Origin: Felis catus | Lineage: Eukaryota | DNA length: 64,000 bases | NCBI RefSeq assembly: GCF_018350175.1 | Contig: NC_058368.1 | Coordinates: 214,460,001 to 214,524,000 of the forward strand | Direction: 5' to 3' | Shown: positions 12,313-23,653 of the stretch, piece by piece | Layout of the letters: each line of letters starts with the position of its first letter | Position numbering within the stretch: the first letter of the stretch is position 1 | The notes under the pieces: generated by a model | Database searches by the model: none | What the model was told of the DNA's origin: nothing | Seen by the model: only the letters and a program-made list of their open reading frames with translations | Translations under genes and position numbers: made by a program

Positions 12313-13679
12313 AGTCAAGGAAAGGACTAAAAATTATATTTTTGAGGACACAATTCAATAGGAATAGGCTGTTGAAACAGATAATCATGAAAACATGCGT
12401 TACCTCCAAATATGAAGAAAATTTGGGACAGCCATTTGCAGGGTGTTGGTAAAGGTCTGAAGCATATTATTTAGCTCCCAGAGGGCATTTGGACCTTTAA
12501 TTCTAACATACTTCAATAATTGAATTACCTAGAACACTGCTATAACTTTCCACTTTGCCTTCCCTGACAACTATTTTGAAGGTATGATACATACAGAAGT
12601 TCTAAAGGTTCCCAAAGACTTAGGGGGGATTTGTATCGTAATTGTGGATAGAGGGAGTTTTACAAGACTTTGTACCATGAAGTCAATGCACTTGGTACAA
12701 AGTGGTACAAAGTCCCAAATCATTTTATAGTTCATCTTAGCTTAAGGTCTAATCTAGAATGTCAGAGAAAGTTCTTCAGTGATCCAGCATTAACTCTGTA
12801 ACTGTAAGCCTCATGATTATTGAATTAGAAAAGTGTTTTATTGTAAAAACTGGATTATTAATGTACTTATCTAATAGTAACATATATCTCTTTTATTGAA
12901 AATCAACTGAGATGTATTGAGTATTTTCTATGTGCCAGGCATTGTGTTAGGAAGTTTTCCAGGTGTAACCTACACATTGCTCAGAAGACTCTGGTGAGAA
13001 AACAGTTATGAAGGCTGGGTAGTCAAAGAGAAGTCTGCACAAAATTTTCTAGCTTGAGGGACTGGTTATTAATGAAATAATTGTATGAAATTATACGATA
13101 AAAGTAAGTTTGACTATGGGCAGATAGAAGATGACAAGTTCTGTTTTACACATAAAATCTGAGAGCATATACAATGATGTCATGAAGGATAATGTGGAGG
13201 TAGAAAGATCATACTGGGAACCATTACGGGTTAGGAACATAAGGTGAGATGGCTGCTGTCCATCTTTTAAGTATCAGTGTTATTCAGATTTGATTCCAGC
13301 AGGTTCCTTTACTTTCTTCATGCCACAAATGTAAGAATGTAATTGGTGACAATAAACGACTTTAGTCTGATTGATGAATGAGTGGATACGCGGTAGTTGC
13401 CATCTTGAGAACAGTGATGCTTTCCAATAAGAACAGGTAGCAATTAGTGTTGGTGTCACCTGGTTGCCTCACAGGATGATTTCCTTTGCCTTTGGACCCA
13501 CAGGAGAGCTGGCTACACTATTAATGTTAATGGACAGAGTTACTGAAACTGTGCCAGTTCCTGCTACCTTCCAGACATGGAATTAGAAATACTTTTCCAA
13601 GTGATGGGTGCTCCACCTCTCCCTTTGTTCTCATGGAGCCCTAGGAATGAATAGTTAATTCTTCCAAAAATTCGTTTGG

Positions 13680-14095
13680 CATGGTGGTAATGGAGGAGCA
13701 CTGCTCAAGAGGAGCATTTGGGGAGTGTAGTTGACTGACAGCCTGCGTGTGGAAGCTATTGTTTCCCCAGGCTGATACCAGCCGATGGCTGAGCATGGCA
13801 GAATTGCTAGAGTGGGGCCTTCTCCAATTCTGGGCTCTTCTAATAGGCAAGAACTCCCCTTTGGCCTAGTTGAGATATTCTCAGTCCTATGCTGTGGTGT
13901 GAGGCTCTTTCTACTCAATCCTTCCCTGTATATTTTGTTCCACAGGTGTCAGACCTGCTTCACTACCTGAAAGCTCTTCCCATCTATTTCTGCTCCTCCC
14001 TCTTTTGTCCTTCAGAGGTGACTTGACCCACTAAACCCTTCAGCATGTCTAATGCCGTCTTGGTGTCAATGTATTGAAAGACCTGAGCTGGCCCA
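13680..14095 (+). mobile_element. LTR16-like ERVL solo LTR
   Basis: TAGTTGACTGACAGCC, GGCTGAGCATGGCAG, CACAGGTGTCAGACCTGC; end ACTAAACCCTTCAGCATGTCTAATGCCGTCTTGGTGTC. Confidence 0.7.
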
Positions 14096-14144
14096 GGTAA
14101 TAAGTCCACCATAGCAAGTGACAGTTATTTCATATACTATTATT

Positions 14145-14350
14145 GTTTTTTATTTTTTAATGTTTGTTTATTTTTTGAAAGAGATTGAGAGACAGAGTTG
14201 GGGGGGGGGGGGTCAGAGAGGGAAGGAGACACAATCCGAAGCAGGCACCAGGCTCTGAGCTGTCGGCACAGAGCCCGACGCGGGGCTCGAACTCACGAAG
14301 CGTGAGATCATGACCTGAGCTTAAGCGACTGAGCCACACAAGCACCATTC
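14145..14350 (-). mobile_element. Can-SINE with an internal ~13-bp deletion
   Basis: GGCTCTGAGCTGTCGGCACAGAGCCCGACGCGGGGCTCGAACTCAC; TSD CATATACTATTATT (14131-14144) / CATACACGATTATT (14351-14364). Confidence 0.95.
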
Positions 14351-14899
14351 CATACACGATTATTATGAGCATTCACAGTCTCTGAAATCAGCTTGCAGAG
14401 GCTGGCATAGTGAGGAAATTGGGAATGGCATTGATAGACTTAGGTTCCTCAGTTTGATCAAAACAGAGTTACATTTTGGGTGCTGCATTTCATTTAAGAA
14501 ATCAGAGCAGTGTATTACCATTCTTTGTTCAAAATAGGATTTTCAAATTTGGAATGTGTTTCAGTTTCTAGGACAATTAAGTCACTCAGAACACCGTGTT
14601 TGCATATTATGTCAGATGGATGAGGTGTTTCACCATAATATTAAAAAAAAAAACCAACTAGTAGGTCGAGGAATGCATATTTAGATTGAGATCATCTGTC
14701 TTCTGTGTTTTTAGATACATGTAGATGTGTGATGTGGGAGGTCTGTCATTGACTCGGAGCAAAACCCAGAATATGAGAAGTTAGTTCATCCATTAGTACA
14801 ACAAAACAAAATTCACACTTGCCTGTTAAATCATGATAGCTTGGAGTCAAAGCAGGATTTGTACATATATTCTGAAAAAACTGAGATTCTTTTTTCCAT

Positions 14900-14982
14900 G
14901 GCAGGAGTGTTTGGGTCCATTCTGTGCTACACTGTATCCCTAGTCCTCATACATGGTCAGTGCTCAATAAATATTTTTTGGG
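14900..14982 (+). mobile_element. L2 3' tail
   Basis: CACTGTATCCCTAGT...CATGGTCAGTGCTCAATAAATATTT. Confidence 0.6.
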
Positions 14983-15761
14983 AAAAAAAAAAAGAAGGAC
15001 ATTATGATCAGGATAGTTTTAATTATGAGTATATGTGACTCTATTCTAGTACTCTGACCATTTTTATATGTAGAGTTATGAATTAATCACAACTAGGCAC
15101 AATCGTGTCTATTCTTCTACGATCTGTGTTTCTAAGCAGTGATTACTCTTTACATGATTGGTAAGTAGGGGAGTGATGTTGGTATAATCTGAAAGAGGTG
15201 TTGATTTATACATGATTTTTTTCCTGGTGTTAATTTTTTTAAAGTGATTGGGCTGAGCTCTGTCACAATTAAATGTTTTAGCAATGTGTAAAATCCTTAT
15301 GAAAAATCAGAAACTCTACAAAAGTGCCTTCTTTAAGTGCAAGGCAATCTTGCCCACCACGACGTTAAGCTGCTGTGAAATTCAAGTGCATGTGAAGGGC
15401 ATAGTGCTGACATTTCCTCCCTTATTAAAACAATGGATTACAAACAACAGGCCAGTCTGGATAAGATTTTTGATTTTGATGACCATCTGTCTATTAAAAC
15501 AAACGCCCACCAAGAAATATATCTCGAAGGAAAATATCTAAGTGCCAGAGTTCATGTTGCATAGAACTAACTGTGATACTAGATGCCAATGACAGCATAT
15601 TTTAGAAGTATTTGTGTTTTTATGAGGATTGACATTGGCTTTGATATTCTGGATATAGTACTTTTTCAGTGATCTGCTCCAACCCTGTTTTTCCCCAGAG
15701 CCAATGTTATTTTTACCATACGATTTTACAGAAAGTGTATCTTCCCCCAGCATCTGAAACT

Positions 15762-15799
15762 TATATATGTATACACATATATATATGTGTGTATATATA

Positions 15800-15853
<54 letters not shown>
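15762..15853. repeat. (TA)n/(TG)n compound microsatellite
   Basis: Directly visible; source of the spurious IYIY ORFs. Confidence 0.97.
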
Positions 15854-15855
<2 letters not shown>

Positions 15856-15887
15856 GTGATAGCAAGAATGCTTATATTTAAAAGAAA

Positions 15888-16144
15888 AGCAATAGAGTAA
15901 CTTGGTGAGGAATTCAGCTCTAGAGTCAAATTTCTTAGATTTAAGTTTCAGTTTTACCATTTCTGAGCTGAGTATATTTGGGCATGGCACTTAATATTCT
16001 GTACTTTTGTATCCACAATGGTAAAATGGCAAAAATAATAACATCTGCCTCATTTGGCTATTGTGTAGCACATGAGTTGATGTAGTAAAGAGCCTACAAG
16101 AAGACCAGGCATATAGTAAGCAGTCCACTAATGCCGATCATTAT
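15888..16144 (+). mobile_element. MIR, near full length
   Basis: GCTCTAGAGTCAAA...TTGGGCATGGCACTTAA...GTAAAATGG...AATAATAACATCTGCCTCA...GGCATATAGTAAGCA. Confidence 0.85.
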
Positions 16145-17304
16145 GAAATAATGCAGCTGTTTCCCCAGTTAAGCCACATGAGAGAGAGTTCACCCTGCTA
16201 CGTGGAGACATAGCATAGTTTCATAACTGGGACCTTAATATAGAAATCCCTTTAAGGCTTGACTCATAGTTCTTTGTAGGAATTTTAGGAGCTAGTCCTC
16301 TTTTGAATTTGTATTCACTATTGCCACAACATGTTTTAAAATTTTGTCTGGCTAGAGTCACTAGACTGTAACTTAAATTATAACTTTAAACCTGATTTCC
16401 TCCAGTTACTTATACTCTACACAGTAGAGTTCATCACACACTTACTGCTCTTATTTGACATTTTCTTTTACCCTTTTCCTTGATAAATTATGACCTGGTA
16501 TGCCACTTCCCTTATATGTGAAATTGTTACAGTGTAATAGAAACAAAATGTAATACCAATAAAATGATCTATCATAAATACAGCTAAAACTGCAAAACAG
16601 ATGTCCAAAAATTAAATGGTATAGAATTAAAGAATACTTTTCCCCCCCTGGAAGAGGCTGATGAAACCAAAGATTAGAACTAAAAGGTCAAAAGCCTTTT
16701 AGTATTTCTAGCAATGCTTGTATTTCCGGGAATCTTTGGGAAAACTGGGTAAAGTGCTATGTGGGAGTTTGCTATAAGAGTGGGATGTGTGGGTTGATGT
16801 GTCCTTTCTGAAATGCTTGGATTTCCGAAGTAGCCGTTCATAGTCTGGGGCTAAGCAGTGCTCTCTCCCAGCTGAGTACTTTTAAATGACTTGTAAAATG
16901 GTGAACCAACTATACTATCACTGGATTAAGCCTGATGATCAAGATGAGTGACAGGTTAGACAAAAAGATTTCAAAGGTCCTTTGATTCCGTGAAACACTC
17001 ATTAATAATAAAGGGAGGGTCCAACACCTGAGAACATATTATTATATCCATATTGCTTTCCTCCATTCATGGTGGAAGGAAGATATGGGAACACAAAAGT
17101 ACTTTAGCAGGAAATGACTAGATGGGGGCTAGAATTCCCTTTTTCAAATTCTCTGTAGGACTAGGGCAGGCTGCTCTAATATGAATACACATAAATAGAA
17201 TTACGATAAGAGGAAAAAGCAAATTATGTATTAAACCACCTACCTCAGGCTCTGAAATTTCATTTAATTTCCCTCCCTTTACCTCCCCCCTCCAAAAAAC
17301 CCCA

Positions 17305-17410
17305 AGCCTGTGAACTAGACATTATTATTCTTACTTTATAGTTAAGAGATCAGGCTCAGAACAACTGGGCAATGAACAAGGTTACTCACAGCCCGTTTTG
17401 TTTCCACTAT
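17305..17410 (-). mobile_element. MIR fragment
   Basis: CCTGTGAACTAGACATTATTATTCTTACTTTATAGTTAAGAGATCAGGCTCAGA. Confidence 0.6.
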
Positions 17411-17838
17411 ATCAAACCTTGCCTTAGGATCTTCCTTCTCTAGTTCCCTTCCTCTCCCTTGTTGACATTACCCCTAGTGTCGGACTACTTGGACTGTACT
17501 CTTTTCCTACCAATCCTCTCACCTTTAAGCCTGTATGAGGCAGAATTTTAAGGAAGTGTTCCAGGATCGGAATGTGAGCAGCTGTCCTGAGGAGACCTCA
17601 GGGTGCTTCTGCCCTGATGAATTTACTTACACCTTAATCTAACTCTCAGTTTTGTAGGTCAAAAACCTATTTTTCTGGAGTAATGAGAATGATTGTTTCT
17701 CATGTTAACTGAATCCATACATGTTGATGTGTAAAACCAGAATATCAACTGATTTCATTTACAATATGTAACCTGGCCAAGATCCTGAACCCTTACATCC
17801 TGTGGCTAATACTTTCATTCTTTGCAGACATGTATCTT

Positions 17839-18063
17839 TTTTTTTTTTAATTTTTTTTCAACGTTTTTATTTATTTTTGGGACAGAGAGAGACAGAGCAT
17901 AAACAGGGGAGGGGCAGAGAGAGAGGGAGACACAGAATCGGAAACAGGCTCCAGGCTCTGAGCCATCAGCCCAGAGCCCGACGCGGGGCTCGAACTCACG
18001 GACCGCGAGATCGTGACCTGGCTGAAGTCAGACGCTTAACCGACTGCACCACCCAGGCGCCCC
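17839..18063 (-). mobile_element. Young felid SINEC_Fc-type Can-SINE
   Basis: CpG-rich; diagnostic GGGCTGATGGCTCAGAG and AAACGTTGAAAAAAAAATTAAAA on the - strand; perfect 16-bp TSD TGCAGACATGTATCTT (17823-17838 / 18065-18080). Confidence 0.98.
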
Positions 18064-18281
18064 ATGCAGACATGTATCTTAAGAAACCACATTGTAATCA
18101 CAAAATTGCTGGTGATTACTGAGTCATTAGAACAGAAAGAATTAGTAATTCAATGAGTGTTGATGGCATCTGGTAAGTTAACATAGAACATTCATATCTG
18201 AAATATATACATGATAAACTGATGAATTGAGTCAAGTCCTTGGGCAGTGAGGAATTTGGGTGGACACCATCAATACTGTTT

Positions 18282-18282
<1 letters not shown>

Positions 18283-18332
<50 letters not shown>
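18283..18332. repeat. (TATC)12 tetranucleotide microsatellite
   Basis: Directly visible. Confidence 0.97.
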
Positions 18333-18900
18333 ATCTACCCATCCTTATCTCACATGCTTGGGTTTCTGATAACTTACCTTCTCATTGACTCATAACCTCA
18401 AATTTTGCTAATTCCAAGAACTTCTAAAACTTAGTGTGGCTTTACACATAGGTGTTTTAATCCATTTGGTGTTGATTTTTTTAAAGTTTCAGGTAGTAGT
18501 CTTATTTCCCTTATTTGGAAATGAATTTTGAATTGGATGGACAAAATCCCTAGTACATCACAAAACCATAGATACCAGATTTCTTTTCAAAAGAAAATGG
18601 AATGCCTTTGAACAGAGATATGAGAGAGATTACATTTTTGGACATGATAATTAAGATTAAGTGAGGTATTAAAAATGGGACACTATATTTATATTTGTTT
18701 CAAGAATTTTGTCTAAAAACTCTTACATATGGAGGCACCTATTCTCAGACCATTTCTCATGGGAAGAAAATAAGTCAATGGCTGCCTCTAGGATAAGATT
18801 TAGAAAGTTTTGAGAAAGCTTGTAGGCCTCAAATACTTTTCTCACCATCTGTCTGTAATTCAACTGTTGAGACAAATTTTTTTTTTGATTTAAAATCTTT

Positions 18901-18912
18901 TCTTTAAAGCAT

Positions 18913-18963
<51 letters not shown>

Positions 18964-19185
18964 GTTTTATTTATTTATTTTGAGAGAGCATTCACTAGCA
19001 ACTGAGGGCCTGGAAGCTTGCGCAAGAGGGGGAGGGGCAGAGAGAGAGTGAGAGCGGGAATCCCAAGCAGGCTCCATTCTGTCAGCGCAGACCCAACATG
19101 GGGCTCAAACCCATAAACCTGAGAACATAACCTGTGCCAAAATCAAGAGTCAGATGCTTAACTGACTGAGCCACCAAGGCGCCAC
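18901..19185 (-). mobile_element. Can-SINE with (TG)n (18912-18960) in its tail region
   Basis: GAATCCCAAGCAGGCTCC...AAATCAAGAGTCAGATGCTTAACTGACTGAGCCACC; TSD TTAAAATCTTT (18890-18900 / 19186-19196). Confidence 0.93.
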
Positions 19186-20812
19186 TTAAAATCTTTGCCA
19201 TTTAAAAAATTTCTTCTTAGAATGTAGTACATCTACCTGGGATATTGAATACATTGGGCCAGTGTTTATCAAATGGATGTCATGAAACAAGATGTAGATA
19301 TAATTACCAAATCTGGAAGTCCTCTAGAAGAATTTAATTTTAATAATGTAATGATAATATATGCATATTCTAGATCATCTGAATGACTATCTTATCAGTG
19401 AGTACTTTCTTCTAATTTAAAGCCTGAATTTGGTTTTTGTTGTTTTTGGTATCAACTGTTATTACTTTAATTGTCACTGACTCATTAATGATGGGATCCT
19501 TTAAAAAAAAAAAAAAAAGGCCAAATACTGTTGCTTCAGTTTACAAGCCAAGTTTCTTAAAAATTTAAAGTACAAAAAGAGATGGAAGAATTGAGTTCTA
19601 GCAAAGGGTAATGGAAACAGATTGTACCTGGATAATTACTATCTGGGTGACTACTGATTTGAGGCAAATGGATATTTAAATCCTGCCCTTGGGGTGGTCA
19701 AATTGACAGCAAGTTTCCTTACATCAATTATTTCCTGAATTTGAATTAAAGGTCGTTTTTTGTCCATTAACTTGTCCCTTAGAGAAAAATATTGATGGCT
19801 CTAATTCCCAGTAGTGAAAAATGGGATTCCTTCCCCTATTGTGAGAAATTAAAATTGTTTGAAGTTATTTTTCATCCCAGGATCACATAGTGGCTTACTT
19901 TTTATTTTTAAGAGTTTGTGGACTGATTGCTTACATACAGACTAGGTTTAGAAGATTCTTAGGTATTGATTTAAGAGTCTCAAAGTATATAGATCCAGAA
20001 AATATGTTTTCCTTTCTCCTTACACCATTGAGCTTAATCTGTTCTCCTGAGTTTAGGATATCATTTGAATTTCTGCGAAAAACATGGCTAAAAGCTCTGA
20101 GGATTCTATGGTTTGTCATGGTCAATAAGACCCATTAGTTAATATAATGAATCTGTTACTAGAAACCAGAAACAGCAGTTTCTTTGATGAAGCATCCATG
20201 TGAATGGACCCAAAATTCTGAGTTGTTCCAGTTGTTACTGTACTGTGAGTACATCTATGTCCAACTACCCTCAATGTGGCTGGGAAAGACAATTCATGCA
20301 TTTGGAGAAATCCAAACATTTTGGAGAAATTTTTCCTAAGAAAACTGTGGTGGTATTCCACTGTTTACCACACAGTGCAACTCTTTTGCTGCACCTTCCT
20401 TTTAAATTCTGATTTCTCTCTTTGACTTTCTTTTCCATTTCTCTGATTCTAAAACCTTATATTTTTCTTACTTTTTATTACATTCTCCTTTTTTCTTCAT
20501 CTTTCTTCATTTGCTGGTAAAGTAAGGAGAGAGGAGAAAGGATTTTTATTGATGCTGGCATTTATATATGCACAGTAGTTCATTAATCCACATATCCTAC
20601 AAGATAGGTAAACTGAGTCCCCGAGTGTGTAAATAACAGCCTTGAGACAACTGATAAATGATAGAGCCACTTTTGAATTCATGTGGTAGCCACAAGTATC
20701 CCATGCTTAGAATATTATTTTTCTTGCTATATAATATCTCATCTTATATAATATAGGTATCAACTATCCATCTTATCTGTATATGTCAGTGGTGGTGCTA
20801 AAAATATATCTT

Positions 20813-20922
20813 TTCTTCCTTCTTTCTTTCCTTCCTTCCTTCCTTCCTTCCTTCCTTCCTTCCTTCCTTCCTTCTTCCTTCCTTCCTTCCTTCCTTCCTT
20901 CCTTCCTTCCTTCCTTCCTTCC
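20813..20922. repeat. (TTCC)n polypyrimidine microsatellite
   Basis: Directly visible. Confidence 0.97.
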
Positions 20923-22394
20923 ACCCTATCCCATATCTGAAGAAAAGAATATTGATTTAATATTCAATATTTGGGTTCCAAATATTTGTTGAGTAGAAAA
21001 CATGTCTCAAAAGCTCAACATTAGAATATTTCTATTCTATTCGTAGGTATATAGAATATGCGATATTTATGACCACAGATATAAGATACAATCAAAGTGC
21101 CTAAATTTAATTTACTTTTTATTAAATGCCCCAAATCCAAAGTTCAGAAACATGAAGATATTTGTACATGCTATCAGTACTGGAAAGCATACAGTGCTGG
21201 CCATCAGAATTTATATTCTTCAGTAATAGAATTAACATCATTTCAGAAGAAAAAGGGTAATGACAGATATAAAAATTAAGCTTACTTAGACATAAGGATT
21301 ACAAACTGACTGTATTTATTTTTTGAGGTAATCAATCATTGCATGTGCCAGAGATCTATAAGAGATTGGCCTCAGAACTTACTATAGGGACTTTATCCTT
21401 TCCTCTACAAATTGCTCAGTTCCACCAAAGCAAAGACACTATTCCCCACTGAGGACTAAATAAATGACAAGCTTGAAGTGGTGAAAAATAAATTCCTTCT
21501 CTGAGTAACTTGAGTAAAAAGCTGTCTGAACAAAAATCATACATTTCTCTCCATATAATAGAAACTTACCACTTTTTACCATACTGTACTTATTTGAGAA
21601 GAAAGAAGCTTGGGAAATTCATCATCAAGAGAAGGATATTTGGAATATTAATTCTATCACATCCAACAAATAATCAAGAAGAACATTGGGAATAAGGATC
21701 ATTTGGCCTATTCATTTCCCCCAAACCTTTATCTATGTTATTACAAGCCATATATTGTTCATACATATAAACATTTTCTGGTAACCAGGGAGCAATTTAT
21801 TTATGTACTTTATTTTCACTGCATGTCTATAAGAATGCAAAAATGTAAACATTGATCTACATAATCATATACATATATTAAGTGAAACTTCCTGCAACAC
21901 TGTGAATCAGATCATTAAAAAATAGTAAAATTGCGGTTAATGGCTTATTAGCTGAAAGTTGGTATTTTAATTATTCTAGGTAGTTTGAATTCATGAATAA
22001 CTTATTAGTCACTCATATTTTGTTTTTTTTCCCATTCATAATCCTGATGAGCCTCTGATATTTAGATCATAGTCTTCAATGCTTCTTTATTTGAATTCTT
22101 ACTAGAAAGCTCTGGGAAATGATATAGCCAGCCAGAGTAGATGGAGTTGTTGTTACAGCTCACCATCAGATTGTGTAATACACTTTTTAAGAAAAAAATG
22201 TACTAAAAGAAATGTAATGCAGAATACTAGAAGCAAGGTTTTTTTCCAAAGTAGAGGACATGAAAAGATACTGAATTATAGGAAAATTATATGTATATAT
22301 TTCCCATCTTCTTGTTTCTAGGCTCTAAAGAAAGAACTTTGACTAGGAATCATGAGGAGACCTGGGTTGAGCTTTGAACTTACACCAACAGATT

Positions 22395-22860
22395 TTCCTT
22401 GACTGTATTTCTTCACCCTGTTACAGTTCCCTTCATCACTGCCATCAAACTCTCCAATGCCTTTCTTGCCACCATTTTGCTTACTCACCCATCCCCCAAA
22501 ATACTGGCTTCTTGCTTTCTTGGAATATATCAAGATCTTGTCTGCCTCATTGACTCTGCAAATTATTTCTCTTCTTTCCATTTTATCTAACCATGTCCTA
22601 ATCATTCTTCAGGTCTTAATTCATAATCACTTTCTCAAATAGACTTTTTCAAGTCCACCATCTATTTGGGATTCCTGAATAACTTGTTCATGGAATGATG
22701 TTACTACCAGCAACTATCACTATTTATAAATGTAAAATTTATTTTCTTGATTGTCTTATTATTGTCTAGAGAGTGTAGGCTTTATGTTTCATTAAAACAG
22801 TTTGTCTAGCACATTGTAGATGCTCAGTAAATATGTGAGAACTGATAGAAGAATAAATTA
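22395..22860 (+). mobile_element. L2 3' fragment
   Basis: Tail GTCTAGCACATTGTAGATGCTCAGTAAATATGT; upstream TTCTTCAGGTCTTAATT. Confidence 0.6.
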
Positions 22861-23069
22861 GTAATAGAATAATTGGGGTAGGATATATGGTCTTTAAGAT
22901 CTCATCCATCTCGAGCAGTCTATAATACTGTGGGTAAATTTGTTGTTTCATTTCTACATGAAGCCAGTCCTGAAGGAGATTTTATCGTAAACCATGCTTT
23001 GTGCACACAGTCAGTAATTGCAAGAGAGTTTCTTAAAGCAAACTCTGACTATTGGACTTTCATTTAGCC

Positions 23070-23653
23070 ATTCATACCAAGGGGTTAATCTCTAAAACAT
23101 AAATCTAATCCCACACCTTCTTACTGAAACCCTGACCTGGCTCTTCATTGTATTTGCATGAAATCTAAACACCTTGGAATGATATGCAAATCCCTCCAGA
23201 TCTGCTTATTCTTTCAGGCTATAGTTAAGACAGATGTCCTGCATTTGACATTTAAGACCCATGTACAGTTTCTGAAATTCATGGTACTTTTAATTTTTTT
23301 TTCACTTGGTGTCATGTCTTTGTACCCGCTCTGTCCACTTTTTCAGAAAGCTCTCCCTATTCAGCTTTTGTTCATTAGGCAGATTCCAACTCAACCTTCA
23401 AGATTTTGAATGCTTAGTCATTTTTTAATCTTTTCAGAAAGACCAGAGAACTTTATTACATGCCTACCTCTATTGTAGGATTTAACAGATTTCTGTAGTC
23501 ATTAACTTACAGGACCATTTCCCCTTCACATTGTCAATCCTGAAGAACTGGGGTTGCATTCTTATCATGTATCTTCTCGGTTTCCAGTGCAGTGCCCAGC
23601 ACATGTTAGGCAATTTGTGAATGTGGAATGAATGAATGAATGGATGAATGAAA
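23070..23653 (+). mobile_element. L2 3' fragment
   Basis: AAACATAAATCTAATC...CAACTCAACCTTCAAGA...CAGTGCCCAGCACATGTTAGGC...GAATGAATGAATGAA. Confidence 0.75.

Noticed and set aside
15538..15990. 150-aa ORF with a YIYI repeat
   Set aside because: The frame is held open by a (TA)n microsatellite plus a MIR
20783..20992. (PSFL)n ORF
   Set aside because: Translation of (TTCC)n
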